Below, piece after piece: positions 48,008-57,987 of a stretch of 64,000 nt of DNA. A program made the position numbers and the translations under genes. The notes under the pieces were generated by a model, which saw only the letters and a list, made by a program, of their open reading frames with translations, was not told the origin of the DNA and searched no databases. Location: positions 7,451 through 71,450 of the forward strand of contig JAVBQJ010000071.1 of the NCBI GenBank assembly GCA_031549115.1, read 5' to 3'. The stretch is from Victivallaceae bacterium. GTDB lineage: Bacteria; Verrucomicrobiota; Lentisphaeria; Victivallales; Victivallaceae. How positions within the stretch are numbered: the stretch's first letter is position 1; the number at the start of each line of letters is the position of its first letter.

Positions 48008-50206
48008 ATGATAAAGCTTAACCGGCTTCCGCATTCGTTCGAGTTGGTGACCCGCCATACTTCGTATATGCTCGGCGTCTCCGCCGACGGCAAGCTGCAG
48101 CACTGGTTCTGGGGAGTCCGCCCGGAAGGAGCCGAACCCCGCCCCATTTCGCCGGATTTGAAGCTGGATTCCAATTTTTCCAGCCAGGACGATCAGACCG
48201 AGCAGCTCGAGGTGAAAAGTTACGGCGAAATCATTTATCACGGCGTCGGTTTGAAATTGAATTTTCGTCTCCCCGACGGCAGCGAAATTCGGGACTGTCG
48301 GTTGCGTTTCGAAAAGGCGGGGGTCGTTGCCGATGCCCGTCCCGCCCTTGCGCCCGCATCGCCGGTGCGTGACACGGCTTCGCGCGAAACCCTGGTGATT
48401 CACCTGGCCGATCCGGTATACCCGCTCCGGGTCCGGCTGTATTACCGGGTCACCGAAGAACTCGACATCATCGAACGCTGGATGGAAGTGGAGAATAGTT
48501 CCCGCGATGTTGTGATCGCGGTGGAAAAACTGAGTTTCGCGTCGGTGCCGTTCCCGTCGGGCACGACGGAACTGACCTCGCTTTCCGGGCGTTGGGGGCA
48601 TGAATTCAATGCCACCCGGGGTGCGTTGCCGGTGGGAACTACGCTGATCGAATCGCACGGCCTGACCACCAGTGCGGACGCCAACCCCGGATTTCTACTC
48701 AACCGGCCGCATCAGGCGTGGGAGGAGCATGGGACAGTTTACTTCGGCGCGCTGGCGTTCAGCGGTCATTACGAATTGGCGTTCGAGCGCCAATCCAGCG
48801 GGATGGTGCATTTGCATGCCGGCTACAATTCATTGGATTTCGAACTGCTTCTGGCCCCCGGCGAATGCCATGCCACCCCGCAGGCGATTCTCGGCTGCTG
48901 CCCGGACGGCTGGGGCGGCGCCAGCCGCCGGATGCACCGGCTGATCCGCGACCGCATCCAGCCCGCGCCGCCGCAACAGGAGTTCCTGCGTCCGGTGCTT
49001 TACAACAGCTGGGAGGCGACCATGTTCGATATCCGTGTTGCGGACCAGATGGCTCTGGCGGAAAAAGCGGCGGCAATCGGGATCGAGCTTTTTTGCATGG
49101 ATGACGGCTGGTTCGGAGCGCGGCGCGCCGACAACGCCGGATTGGGCGACTGGTTTCCGGCGCAGGAATTGTTCCCGGACGGTCTCAAGCCGCTGAGCGA
49201 CCATGTGCGCAAACTGGGGATGAAATTCGGTCTGTGGGTGGAGCCGGAGATGGTCAACCCCGACTCCGAGCTCTTTCGGGCGCATCCGGAGTGGGCGCTC
49301 CAGGTACCGGGACGGCCGTTGCGTGAATCGCGCAACCAGTTGATTCTGGATTTCGGGCGCGAAGAGGTGGTGGAGTATATCTACGGGCGGCTGGAAGCGC
49401 TGGTCGTCGAAGCCGGAGTGGATTTCTTCAAGTGGGATATGAACCGGCGGCCGAGCGAAAACGGCTCGGAGGCCGGCCGGGCGCTATGGCGGCGCCATGC
49501 GGAAAAGGTCTATGACATCATGGACCGGCTGCGGGCGCAATATCCGCATCTGGCGATTCAGAGCTGCTCCTCCGGCGGCGCCCGGATCGATGCCGGTATC
49601 CTCGGCCGCACCGATCAGGCGTGGACTTCAGACAATACCGATGCGATGGACCGGATGCAGATTCAGGAGGGTTACAGTCTCCTGTACCCGGCCCGCGCGA
49701 TGGAATGCTGGGTTACCGACGAGGTCAACCCCCAGACCGGGCGGATTTGGCCGGTGAGTCTGCGCTTCGATGTCGCTATGCGCGGCACGCTCGGCATCGG
49801 TACTGATTTGAATGAAATGACACCGGAAGAATTGGAACAGTTCCGTACCTACATCGCCTTTTATAAGCGCATTCGTCCGGTGGTGCAAGCCGGCGAGCTG
49901 CACCGGCTCGTCCGCAGTGAGGAAAACGGCGCCAGCATCATCGAATACGTGCTCCCGGACGCTTCCAGCGCCGTAGTCAGCATCGTCCGCGGCTGGTGCC
50001 GGATTTCCAACTTCCTGGCACCGTGCCCGCTATTCGGACTCGATCCTGCCGCCGATTACGAAATTTTCGACTGGCACGGCAAGCTGATCGACTGCCGCAG
50101 CGGCTACGAACTCGCGACCCGCGGCATCGAAGTCAATTCATTTTATGAATATCGCGCCCACACCGTTTCCGGTTTCAGCGCCACCTATCATTTGAAGCGG
50201 CGGTGA
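48008..50206 (+). CDS. Alpha-galactosidase, glycoside hydrolase family 36
   Basis: GH36 hallmarks CMDDGWFG, KWDMNR (nucleophile region), and PEWALQVPGRP. About 730 aa. The ORF track start at 47966 is a TTG; the ATG at 48008 is preferred. Confidence 0.8.
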   Translation: MIKLNRLPHSFELVTRHTSYMLGVSADGKLQHWFWGVRPEGAEPRPISPDLKLDSNFSSQDDQTEQLEVKSYGEIIYHGVGLKLNFRLPDGSEIRDCRLRFEKAGVVADARPALAPASPVRDTASRETLVIHLADPVYPLRVRLYYRVTEELDIIERWMEVENSSRDVVIAVEKLSFASVPFPSGTTELTSLSGRWGHEFNATRGALPVGTTLIESHGLTTSADANPGFLLNRPHQAWEEHGTVYFGALAFSGHYELAFERQSSGMVHLHAGYNSLDFELLLAPGECHATPQAILGCCPDGWGGASRRMHRLIRDRIQPAPPQQEFLRPVLYNSWEATMFDIRVADQMALAEKAAAIGIELFCMDDGWFGARRADNAGLGDWFPAQELFPDGLKPLSDHVRKLGMKFGLWVEPEMVNPDSELFRAHPEWALQVPGRPLRESRNQLILDFGREEVVEYIYGRLEALVVEAGVDFFKWDMNRRPSENGSEAGRALWRRHAEKVYDIMDRLRAQYPHLAIQSCSSGGARIDAGILGRTDQAWTSDNTDAMDRMQIQEGYSLLYPARAMECWVTDEVNPQTGRIWPVSLRFDVAMRGTLGIGTDLNEMTPEELEQFRTYIAFYKRIRPVVQAGELHRLVRSEENGASIIEYVLPDASSAVVSIVRGWCRISNFLAPCPLFGLDPAADYEIFDWHGKLIDCRSGYELATRGIEVNSFYEYRAHTVSGFSATYHLKRR

Positions 50207-50700
50207 GGGGGAGAATGAATGTGGGGAACTCCTCGTCCCCCACACCCCGCATCACAAGACCCTGCACCTCTGCTGCGAATGCCGGTTGGGCTAGTGTGCG
50301 CATGGAAAAGGACGCAAAGGACGCAAAGGACGCGGCGATATGGCGTGCCATACCGCTGTCCGTGGCGCGCCTCCAACGGCCGGTGTGCCGTGGATGTGGA
50401 CTCGACATAACTCACACGCCTAACGCCAACCATCAACCTGCGATCGCGCACGGGGGAGCGCCGGTCAGGCGCGACCGTGCCGTTAGGAATTGGCCGCATC
50501 GCGGCCAAGGAGCACGGCACGGAGCCTCCCCCGGCGAACGGCGCGTTTTCGCGCGCTGAGGGGGTCGCGCCCGAACGACCGGCAGGGAGTGAGCAGCGAA
50601 CAGAGTATTTGCCGCCAATTGGCGGCAAATACGTGAAGCCGAGCGGCTGAGCGATCCGGGGGAATGGGGGCCGGGCCCCCGCGGTTGCCGGGGTGCAATG
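50207..50700 (-). repeat. About 500-bp GC-rich dispersed repeat, copy 2 (inverted relative to 23949..24480)
   Basis: See copy 1. Palindrome GTATTTGCCGCCAATTGGCGGCAAATAC at 50605..50632. Starts immediately after the GH36 stop codon. Confidence 0.7.
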
Positions 50701-50773
50701 CGGCCCCGCGTACACCAACAAAAATCTCCACACCCGCCGGACCGGCGGCGCACAATCAACCGCCGTTGCGAAA

Positions 50774-51124
50774 TCACACACCTGCGGAATTATTGTCATC
50801 CTTCTTCCGCCTGCGAGCCTTTCTTCTCTCCTCACGTTGCTCCGTCTCGCGATTTCTTTCCCGCGAAGACTTGAGCCCGACGGCGGCGGTCCAGCCAAGA
50901 AACATTGCAAACAGGAACAGCAACAACAGTTCGAAGTGGACAGTGGTTCTGGCCAGGACATTTACGACCAACACCAAAACAACGAAGCCGAAAGCCACCA
51001 CACAAACGCACCCGCCCAGCATCTTTCCCGCCGATATTGACACATTGCTGTTTTGCCCCTGAAAAAAGGCAAACGACGCCAGCACACTGATAAGGAAGAA
51101 ACCCAGAAAAATCAACAATTCCAT
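50774..51124 (-). CDS. Small hypothetical membrane protein with basic C-terminal tail (distal gene of the flotillin operon)
   Basis: Three hydrophobic helices, then RERNRETEQREERRKARRRKKDD. Start at MELLIFLGFF (51124); the ORF begins at 51136. Confidence 0.5.
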   Translation of the reverse strand: MELLIFLGFFLISVLASFAFFQGQNSNVSISAGKMLGGCVCVVAFGFVVLVLVVNVLARTTVHFELLLLFLFAMFLGWTAAVGLKSSRERNRETEQREERRKARRRKKDDNNSAGV

Positions 51125-51136
51125 CCTGTCCCCCAA

Positions 51137-51189
51137 AAGACTTAAGGGGGAGACAGAGGGAACACCTTCTGCCTCCCCCCGCTAATTGC
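51137..51189 (-). terminator. Hairpin between flotillin and the downstream small gene (possible attenuator/terminator)
   Basis: Minus-strand reading ggggggaggcagaaggtgttccctctgtctccccc followed by ttaagtctttt. Confidence 0.4.
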
Positions 51190-52836
51190 TTACGCCTTCG
51201 GCGTCTCGGGCGCTTGCGGCTCTTCGGAGGCGTTGGACACCTTGCCGAGATAGCCCGGCAGGTCCAGACCGGCCATCGCGGCCACGTCATGCAGCGGCGG
51301 CAAGCTCTGCATCATGCCGGACAGAAAATTCGCAGTCGAGGTTTTGCCGTCCTGCCGGCCGCCGTCCCAGACGGTGAACTTGTCGATCTTGATATTCTTG
51401 ATCGCTTCGGTTTGCAAACCGACGATTTCCTGCAATTTTTCGATCAGCAGCATCCGGCCGGCGGCTTCGCTGTCCTGGCCGCAGGCTTCGATGATCTTCT
51501 GGTAACCGTCGCCCTTGGCTTTCAGGATTTCGAAGTTACCGCGCGCTTCGGCGGAGAGCTTGGCATAAATCGCATCGGCGGCACCGTTGGCTTCGCGGCG
51601 CAGACGTTCGGCTTCGGCTTCGGCCTGGATTTCGATCTGCTGCTTATGGATTTCCGCCGGTACGATCACTTCGGCGCGCTGTTTTTCCATTTCCATGCCG
51701 GCGCGGGTTTCCTGTACCGCTTTTTCGGCTTCGAACTGCGCCTGCTCGATCTTGGCGGCGGCAACCCGGCGCACGGTTTCGGCACGGCGGTAGGCTTCGG
51801 CTTCGGCTTCGGCACGGGTCGCGTTGGAGTTGGCGATTTCAATCGACGCGACGTTTTCACCCTGCGTAGCGACCGAGTCGGCCTGCTTCACCGCGATACG
51901 TTTTTTCTGCTCCGCCTCGGCTTCACCGGCCATCGCGGTGGCATTGGCGCCGGCAACCGCGATACGCTCCTGCTTCTTCGCCTCGGCTTCACCGGCTATC
52001 GCCAGCGCGTCGGCCTGCTTCACCGCGATACGCTTGTTGCGGTCGGCGTCGGCTTCCCCGGTGGCCGCCTGGGTTTCCGCCTGGGCGACCGCGATACGGC
52101 GCTCCTGGGCGGCACGGGCTTCGCCGGAAACCGCTTCGGCTTCGGCCTGCGACACCGCGATGCGCTCCTGCTTCTTCGCGTCGGCTTCCCCGGTACTGCC
52201 CTTACGCTCTTCTTCGGCGACGTCGATTTTCGCTTTGTTGATCGCTTCGCTGGCGGCGCGCTTGCCGATGGCGTCGATATAGCCGCTGCTGTCGGTGATG
52301 TCGGTGATGTTGACGTTCAACAGCTCCAGGCCGATCTTTTTCAATTCTTCGGCGACGTTGTTTTCCACCTGGCGCAGAAAAGTCTCGCGGTCGGCGTTGA
52401 TCTCTTCGATGGTCATCGACGCGATCACCAGACGCAACTGTCCGAGAATGATGTCCTTGGACAGATTGGCGATCGCTTCGGGGCTCTGGCCGAACAGACG
52501 CTCGGCGGCGTTCCCCATGATCTCCGGCTTGGTGCTGACGCCGACGGTGAATACACTCGGGACGTTGATGCGGATATTCTGCTTGCACAACGCCTTGTCG
52601 AGGTTGACTTCCAACTGCAACGGGCGCAGGGAAATATAGCCGTAATCCTGAAATACCGGCATCACGAACTTGGCGCCGCCGTGGATACAGTGCGCCGCCT
52701 GGTTGCTTTTGGTGCGCCCGTAAATGACCATGATCCGGTCCGACGGACATTTGCGGTAACGCGACGCGAACATGATAAAAAGAACCAATAAGACGACTAC
52801 CGCCATCACAATGTAAAGTGCAATTTGTCCACCCAT
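51190..52836 (-). CDS. Flotillin-like SPFH/band-7 protein (FloA/YqiK family)
   Basis: N-terminal transmembrane helix, SPFH domain, then a long Ala/Glu-rich coiled-coil with repeats (AEAEA...RIAVAQAE...RIAVKQAD), diagnostic of flotillins. Confidence 0.85.
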   Translation of the reverse strand: MGGQIALYIVMAVVVLLVLFIMFASRYRKCPSDRIMVIYGRTKSNQAAHCIHGGAKFVMPVFQDYGYISLRPLQLEVNLDKALCKQNIRINVPSVFTVGVSTKPEIMGNAAERLFGQSPEAIANLSKDIILGQLRLVIASMTIEEINADRETFLRQVENNVAEELKKIGLELLNVNITDITDSSGYIDAIGKRAASEAINKAKIDVAEEERKGSTGEADAKKQERIAVSQAEAEAVSGEARAAQERRIAVAQAETQAATGEADADRNKRIAVKQADALAIAGEAEAKKQERIAVAGANATAMAGEAEAEQKKRIAVKQADSVATQGENVASIEIANSNATRAEAEAEAYRRAETVRRVAAAKIEQAQFEAEKAVQETRAGMEMEKQRAEVIVPAEIHKQQIEIQAEAEAERLRREANGAADAIYAKLSAEARGNFEILKAKGDGYQKIIEACGQDSEAAGRMLLIEKLQEIVGLQTEAIKNIKIDKFTVWDGGRQDGKTSTANFLSGMMQSLPPLHDVAAMAGLDLPGYLGKVSNASEEPQAPETPKA

Positions 52837-52881
52837 GAAAAATACCTCCTTAAAATTCCGCAGTATATATATTCTGTATTA

Positions 52882-53463
52882 TTATATTTTTTCCACGACA
52901 TAGCAATCGTGTCCGACCGCCTCGACCACCTTCACCGGGGTCCCGGACGAAAGCGCCGCGTCGGCAATCGCTTTGACCTGCCGGGTACATCCGGCGAACC
53001 GGACAGTAACCATCCCGCCGGGCATCCGCCCTGCCGGAATGCCGAGATAGACACTTCCGGTCTGGCCGATAAAGTCGGCGGTTTCCAGGTTTCCGGATTG
53101 CTGCATACGGATGAACAGCCAGACAATCAGCGTCGTCAGCACCATCATCACCAGTCCGCAGAAAACCGCGATCACCAATCCGCCGATCCCCATGCCGCCC
53201 CAGAAAAATCCGGCCCAACCGAAGAAAGCCAGAAACGCGACGATGCTGCGCAACGAGAAGAAGCTGACGAAAGAAAGTTCACCCGGACCGCCGAGGTCCA
53301 CGTCCGACGGATCAAACGTCGAGTCCGCGTCCTCCGCGCCTCCAATGCCGATCAGCATCAGAATCACTTGCAGCACGAATACCGCGCTGCCGCCCAACGC
53401 CAGGTAGAAATAAAACTCCCGGCTGTCCGACAGAAACCGATTGAACTGTTCAATCCATTCCAC
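52882..53463 (-). CDS. NfeD-like membrane protein (YqiJ family) upstream of flotillin
   Basis: Membrane helices followed by a C-terminal OB-fold-like soluble domain (GQTGSVYLGIPAGRMPGGMVTVRFAGCTRQVKA...VKVVEAVGHDCYVVEKI). Classical NfeD-flotillin pairing. Confidence 0.75.
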   Translation of the reverse strand: MEWIEQFNRFLSDSREFYFYLALGGSAVFVLQVILMLIGIGGAEDADSTFDPSDVDLGGPGELSFVSFFSLRSIVAFLAFFGWAGFFWGGMGIGGLVIAVFCGLVMMVLTTLIVWLFIRMQQSGNLETADFIGQTGSVYLGIPAGRMPGGMVTVRFAGCTRQVKAIADAALSSGTPVKVVEAVGHDCYVVEKI

Positions 53464-53719
53464 TGTATTTACCTCCTTGGTTACAGTCCTGTCATAATAT
53501 TAAACGGATTCCCCAAAATGCAAATAAAAAAAAGCCCCGCAGGGAAATTATCGGCAAAAAATATAAATTGCCGCAGAGGCAGTTTCAAGGGAGGCGACTT
53601 TGCGTGGCGGAGACGAGGAGTCCCCCGCATTCTCTCCTCCGCTTACAAAAACAATTTCGCGACTGGAAAAAACCTCGATACGGGCTTATAGTTCTTCCAT
53701 GTCGAAAGGAAACCGGTCC

Positions 53720-56700
53720 ATGAAGCGAATCTGGTTGTTGATCTTTTTTCTGCCGCTGTTTTCGGAAGCCGCCGTCCGGGTCGCTGTGATCGGCGATCCG
53801 CAACTCACCGCGGAAATTACCGCGCTGCTCAGTGGCGACTCCGGAATCGAGTTGCTGGAGCGCGCGGATGCTTTCCTGCTGAAGAACGAGTTGCAATTGT
53901 TCACGGGCAATCCGGCCGAAATTCTGCAGGCCGACTTCCCGCACGCGGAGCTGATTGCCCTGGTCCGGCCGGAAGGACTTCTTATTTTCAACGCCCGGAA
54001 CGGCTTTGTCCTGCTTCATGCCGGGACGGCGGCAACGCCGGAAACGATCCCCGGTCAGGTGCGGGAATTGCTGCGGCAGGCGGACGCGAAGGCCGCCCGT
54101 ACCGACTCAGCTTTGCTGGCGCTCGGCGCCATCCGCAGTACCGGTCTGGCCACCCCGGACCGACGCCGGGCGGCAGCGCTCGTCACCCGGCTGCTGCGGC
54201 AACTGGCCAACAGCGACACAATCCAGCTCCTGGAACGCGATTGGCTCGGCGCGGTGCTGGATGAGCGCGAACTCAGCGGCCTGCGGTTTCCGCTGCCCGC
54301 CGCCGCCAGAGTGTTGGAGCTGGAATTCCTGCCCGGAGCGGAACCGGAAACCATCGATCTTATTCTGCTCCTGACCGATACAGCCGGCAATGAACTGTGG
54401 CGCCGGCGCCATTCCGCCATCGCTGACGCAACAGCGCCGGTCCAGGCATTGTGTTCGCAGCTTCACGCCGTACCGGGGGCCGAATTGTCCGACCCGGCGA
54501 TGGAAGCCAGTCGCCTCTGCGAAGAATACCACGCCCGGAAACGCCTGATGCAGCTTCCCGGCAACTATACCCCCCCGGCGTGGGAGGAGCTGCGCCCGCT
54601 GGTTCAGGCGATGCTTGCCCTGGAGCCGGACAATCTTGATTATCAACGCGAACTCATTCTTTACGAAGCCCGGAACATATACCGGTGGGACTTGACGCCG
54701 GAGGAAGTAATACGGACTTTCAATCGTTTTCTGGCCGATGTCCGGAAGTTCTATCAGGATCACCCGGATTATCTGCTCCGCGACGGCAAACCGTTGCTGG
54801 CGGAACTTCCCGGACTTTCACCGGCGCAATTGAACGACCCGATCATCTACGCCACTCCCAAGGCCGAACGGCAACAACTGTATCATGATTTGCGGCTGCT
54901 GCGGCAACAGGAAAATCAGCAATCCGCCGTTTGCCGGCGCGTCACCGAGGCCAATATCGAAACCGCGCTCGACTTCAGCTATTATCAAATGCAATTCCGG
55001 GATATCTCCTACCCGGACTCGTATTTCAGCGCCGACGAGATGATGCGGGAGAATTATGCCATGCAATTGAAGCTGTACCGCGTACTGCGAGACTTGCTGC
55101 GAAAATCACCGGAGATCGGGCCGCAAATCGACTGGCAGCCGATCTTTCCGGGCAACAACGCTCCCCTTGAAAATCCAATGGAACGCCGGGCCGCAGCCAG
55201 GGAGTTGCAGACAATCCTGAACGAGGACAGCGAAATTGCCGCCCTGGTCCGGGAAATCGACCTTCCGGTGGTGACGTCGCATTATCACGCGCTCGAAGCC
55301 GCGCGGGAGTTTCTCAACAGCGACCACTCCAGGGCCTCTTTGCTGCGTATCGTCTTTGCCCTATACGAAAAGCAGGAGCAACTCGGGTATGTCATCACCC
55401 CCAAAGGCCGGAATATATTCAACATCGGCTTCGCCGTCAATCTCGTGGCTCCCTCTCTGTATTGGCAATTGTCGAACTCCCCCCGCAACTATCTGCTGCA
55501 GAAGCGAGGCGCCGACGGTGACGAGCGCGCCGTGATTGCGGCACTGTACAGCGGCAGAATTTCCCGCATGCTCCCCGAGCTGATTCGATATGCACCGCAG
55601 TTGCAATCTCTGGCTTACCAGAAAACTTACGACGAGGATACCCACAGGATGTGGAACCGGGTGGCGGCATACCTCGCTCACAGCGCCAAAGAAGAACCGG
55701 AATCGGCTGCCGCCTGGAACGCGTTGAACTCCGCCTGGGATATCGAAGCCGTTCCCCTCCCGGGCGAATGCAAAGGTGCAACCGCGGCGGACGGGCGAAT
55801 CTATCTGTTGCTGGCCGCGGACACCCCCATCTACAACAGCCCGACCACGCTTGCGGCCTTCGAATACTCCGATCCGGCAACCCCGTTGCGGCAGCTGCCG
55901 GCCCTGTGGCTTGCCGGCGAAACATTTCGAACCGCGCGTGAACGCTATCCGTCGTTTTCCGCTTCCGGGAATTATCTGCTGGCCGGCGGCGACAGGGTAT
56001 TGGTTACATTCGACCGGAGTTCAGGAAGCTGGAATTATCTGTACGGGCTGCCCGGCAACTTCATCGTCAGCGCCCTCTTTCACAATGAACGAATCTACTA
56101 CCTGACCGGAGGCCTCGCCGCCACACTGGGAGGAGGAACACTCTGCGGCATGTATTCCTGCCGTCCGGACGGCAGCGACCGGCGGATTCACTTCTCCGGC
56201 GACCGCCTGTATCCGGAGCTGGAGCTGGATCGAATCCCTCAGGCCAAACTCTCCCGGTTGATCCCGCTGCCGGACGGGCGGCTGCTATTCGGCATCGCCA
56301 CTTACAACGCGCCACTGCAACTCTACACGTTCGATCCGGAAACGGAAACCTTTGCGAAGTTTTTGGAGTTGCCGGATGGATCGGATTTTTCGCTGCGCGA
56401 TCAGGGCGATTTCGTCCTCGGCACCATCGGCATTTTCGACAGCAGGCGTTATTTCCGGTTGGACAAACACACGCTGCAGCCGGAATGGCTGCCGCTGCCC
56501 TTGCCCGCCGATTCCGATTCGCCCGCGTGGCAGTTGGATGACCCATGGCAGTTGGGCGATAACTGGCTCATCAACGTCGGTTTCACGGGCATTCAGCTGC
56601 TCCGGACGGACGCGCCGGAGCAAACGCCGTTGCTGTTGCTGCCCGAACACGGCTTTTACGCGGCCGAGTCCCCGGCCGGTTGGGATATCGTGACCTCCGA

Positions 56701-56740
56701 GCGGATTTTCCGGGTGAAATTGCGTCCCGCCGGGAACTGA
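53720..56740 (+). CDS. Large secreted hypothetical protein (1006 aa), C-terminal part beta-propeller-like
   Basis: ATG at 53720 with signal peptide MKRIWLLIFFLPLFSEAA. No recognisable catalytic motif. Divergently transcribed from the NfeD/flotillin operon. Confidence 0.6.
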   Translation: MKRIWLLIFFLPLFSEAAVRVAVIGDPQLTAEITALLSGDSGIELLERADAFLLKNELQLFTGNPAEILQADFPHAELIALVRPEGLLIFNARNGFVLLHAGTAATPETIPGQVRELLRQADAKAARTDSALLALGAIRSTGLATPDRRRAAALVTRLLRQLANSDTIQLLERDWLGAVLDERELSGLRFPLPAAARVLELEFLPGAEPETIDLILLLTDTAGNELWRRRHSAIADATAPVQALCSQLHAVPGAELSDPAMEASRLCEEYHARKRLMQLPGNYTPPAWEELRPLVQAMLALEPDNLDYQRELILYEARNIYRWDLTPEEVIRTFNRFLADVRKFYQDHPDYLLRDGKPLLAELPGLSPAQLNDPIIYATPKAERQQLYHDLRLLRQQENQQSAVCRRVTEANIETALDFSYYQMQFRDISYPDSYFSADEMMRENYAMQLKLYRVLRDLLRKSPEIGPQIDWQPIFPGNNAPLENPMERRAAARELQTILNEDSEIAALVREIDLPVVTSHYHALEAAREFLNSDHSRASLLRIVFALYEKQEQLGYVITPKGRNIFNIGFAVNLVAPSLYWQLSNSPRNYLLQKRGADGDERAVIAALYSGRISRMLPELIRYAPQLQSLAYQKTYDEDTHRMWNRVAAYLAHSAKEEPESAAAWNALNSAWDIEAVPLPGECKGATAADGRIYLLLAADTPIYNSPTTLAAFEYSDPATPLRQLPALWLAGETFRTARERYPSFSASGNYLLAGGDRVLVTFDRSSGSWNYLYGLPGNFIVSALFHNERIYYLTGGLAATLGGGTLCGMYSCRPDGSDRRIHFSGDRLYPELELDRIPQAKLSRLIPLPDGRLLFGIATYNAPLQLYTFDPETETFAKFLELPDGSDFSLRDQGDFVLGTIGIFDSRRYFRLDKHTLQPEWLPLPLPADSDSPAWQLDDPWQLGDNWLINVGFTGIQLLRTDAPEQTPLLLLPEHGFYAAESPAGWDIVTSERIFRVKLRPAGN

Positions 56741-56803
56741 AATGGACAAAACGGCAAAACGGCGGTATAGTATTTCGGAACGCCAACAAGTAAATGTGGA
56801 ATC

Positions 56804-57394
56804 ATGACGGAACAATTGCCCGGTTGCCACCAGGTTGCTTACGGGAAGCGCCTGTGGATACTCTTCTGGAGTTACATCAAAATCACTTCGATCGTCGTCG
56901 GCGGCGGTTATGCGATCATCACCGCCGCCAACGAGATCTTCGTCCGCCGAAAACGCTGGATCTCCGAGGACGAAATGGTCGACATCATCGCGGTGGTGCA
57001 AACCGTCCCCGGCCTTTTGGCCTGTAATTCCGCCGTCTGCGTCGGGTTGCGAATCGCCGGCTTCGGCGGCGCGCTCGCCGCGCTCGCCGGTTCGATCATT
57101 CCGCCGATCACGATCATCATTTTGGTCGCCAGCGTACTCACCGGCCGCGATCTCTCCAACCCCTATGTTCAGGGCGCTTTCACCGGCGTGGTCGCCTGCA
57201 TCGTCGCCATGGTGCTGACGACGCTGGTGAAAATGGGCAAAAAGGTGCTATCCGGCGTCTTCGAATGGAGCGTCGCCATCCTCTGTTTCGCCGCCATGGC
57301 GGTCTGCGACCTGAATCCCGGCTGGATTGTGCTCGCCGCCATTCCGGTCGGCATCCTTTACGTCTGGAGCAAAAGCCGGAGGATGTCGCGATGA
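56804..57394 (+). CDS. Chromate transporter family (CHR) half-size protein, subunit 1
   Basis: KITSIVVGGGYAIITAANEIFV plus transmembrane helices. Paired with a second half-size CHR gene. Confidence 0.8.
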   Translation: MTEQLPGCHQVAYGKRLWILFWSYIKITSIVVGGGYAIITAANEIFVRRKRWISEDEMVDIIAVVQTVPGLLACNSAVCVGLRIAGFGGALAALAGSIIPPITIIILVASVLTGRDLSNPYVQGAFTGVVACIVAMVLTTLVKMGKKVLSGVFEWSVAILCFAAMAVCDLNPGWIVLAAIPVGILYVWSKSRRMSR

Positions 57395-57987
57395 GTCTGT
57401 GGCTGCTGATCCTGGTATTCCTCAAATTCGGCTTTCTGTGCATCGGCGGCGGCTATATGCTGGTGCCGTTCCTGACCACGGAACTGGTCGATACGCGCGG
57501 CGTGCTCACCGCCGAACAATTCGCCAACCTGTTTTCCATCGCCCAGGTCACCCCGGGGCCGATCGGCATCAACGCCGCCACCTATGTCGGCTACACCCAG
57601 CAGGGCGTCGCGGGCGCCATCCTCGCCAGCATCGCATTAACTCTGCCGCCGTTCGTGATGACCGTCATCGCGGTCTACACGCTCAAACGCTACGAAAACC
57701 ATACCCTGATCCGGGGCTTCCTCGCCGGAGCCCGCCCCGCCACCGTCGGCCTGATCGCCGGGGCGCTGCTCATTTTCGTCGAAATGAGTATTGCCAAAGG
57801 GCACATCCCGCTGGATTATCCGTATTTGCTGCTGACGCAGGCGGATGCGAAGTTCACTTTCCCGGCACTGTCCTGGGGCGCACTGGCCATCGCCGTTGTC
57901 ATGTACGTATTGCAGCGGCGGACCAAACTCTCCATGACCTGGCTGATTTTACTGTCCGCCCTGCTGGGCGCCTTCCTGTGCCGCTGA
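57391..57987 (+). CDS. Chromate transporter family (CHR) half-size protein, subunit 2
   Basis: ATG at 57391 overlaps the upstream stop (ATGA). FGFLCIGGGYMLVPFLTTELVDTRGVLTAEQFANLFSIAQVTPGPIGINAATYVGY. Confidence 0.8.
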   Translation: MSLWLLILVFLKFGFLCIGGGYMLVPFLTTELVDTRGVLTAEQFANLFSIAQVTPGPIGINAATYVGYTQQGVAGAILASIALTLPPFVMTVIAVYTLKRYENHTLIRGFLAGARPATVGLIAGALLIFVEMSIAKGHIPLDYPYLLLTQADAKFTFPALSWGALAIAVVMYVLQRRTKLSMTWLILLSALLGAFLCR

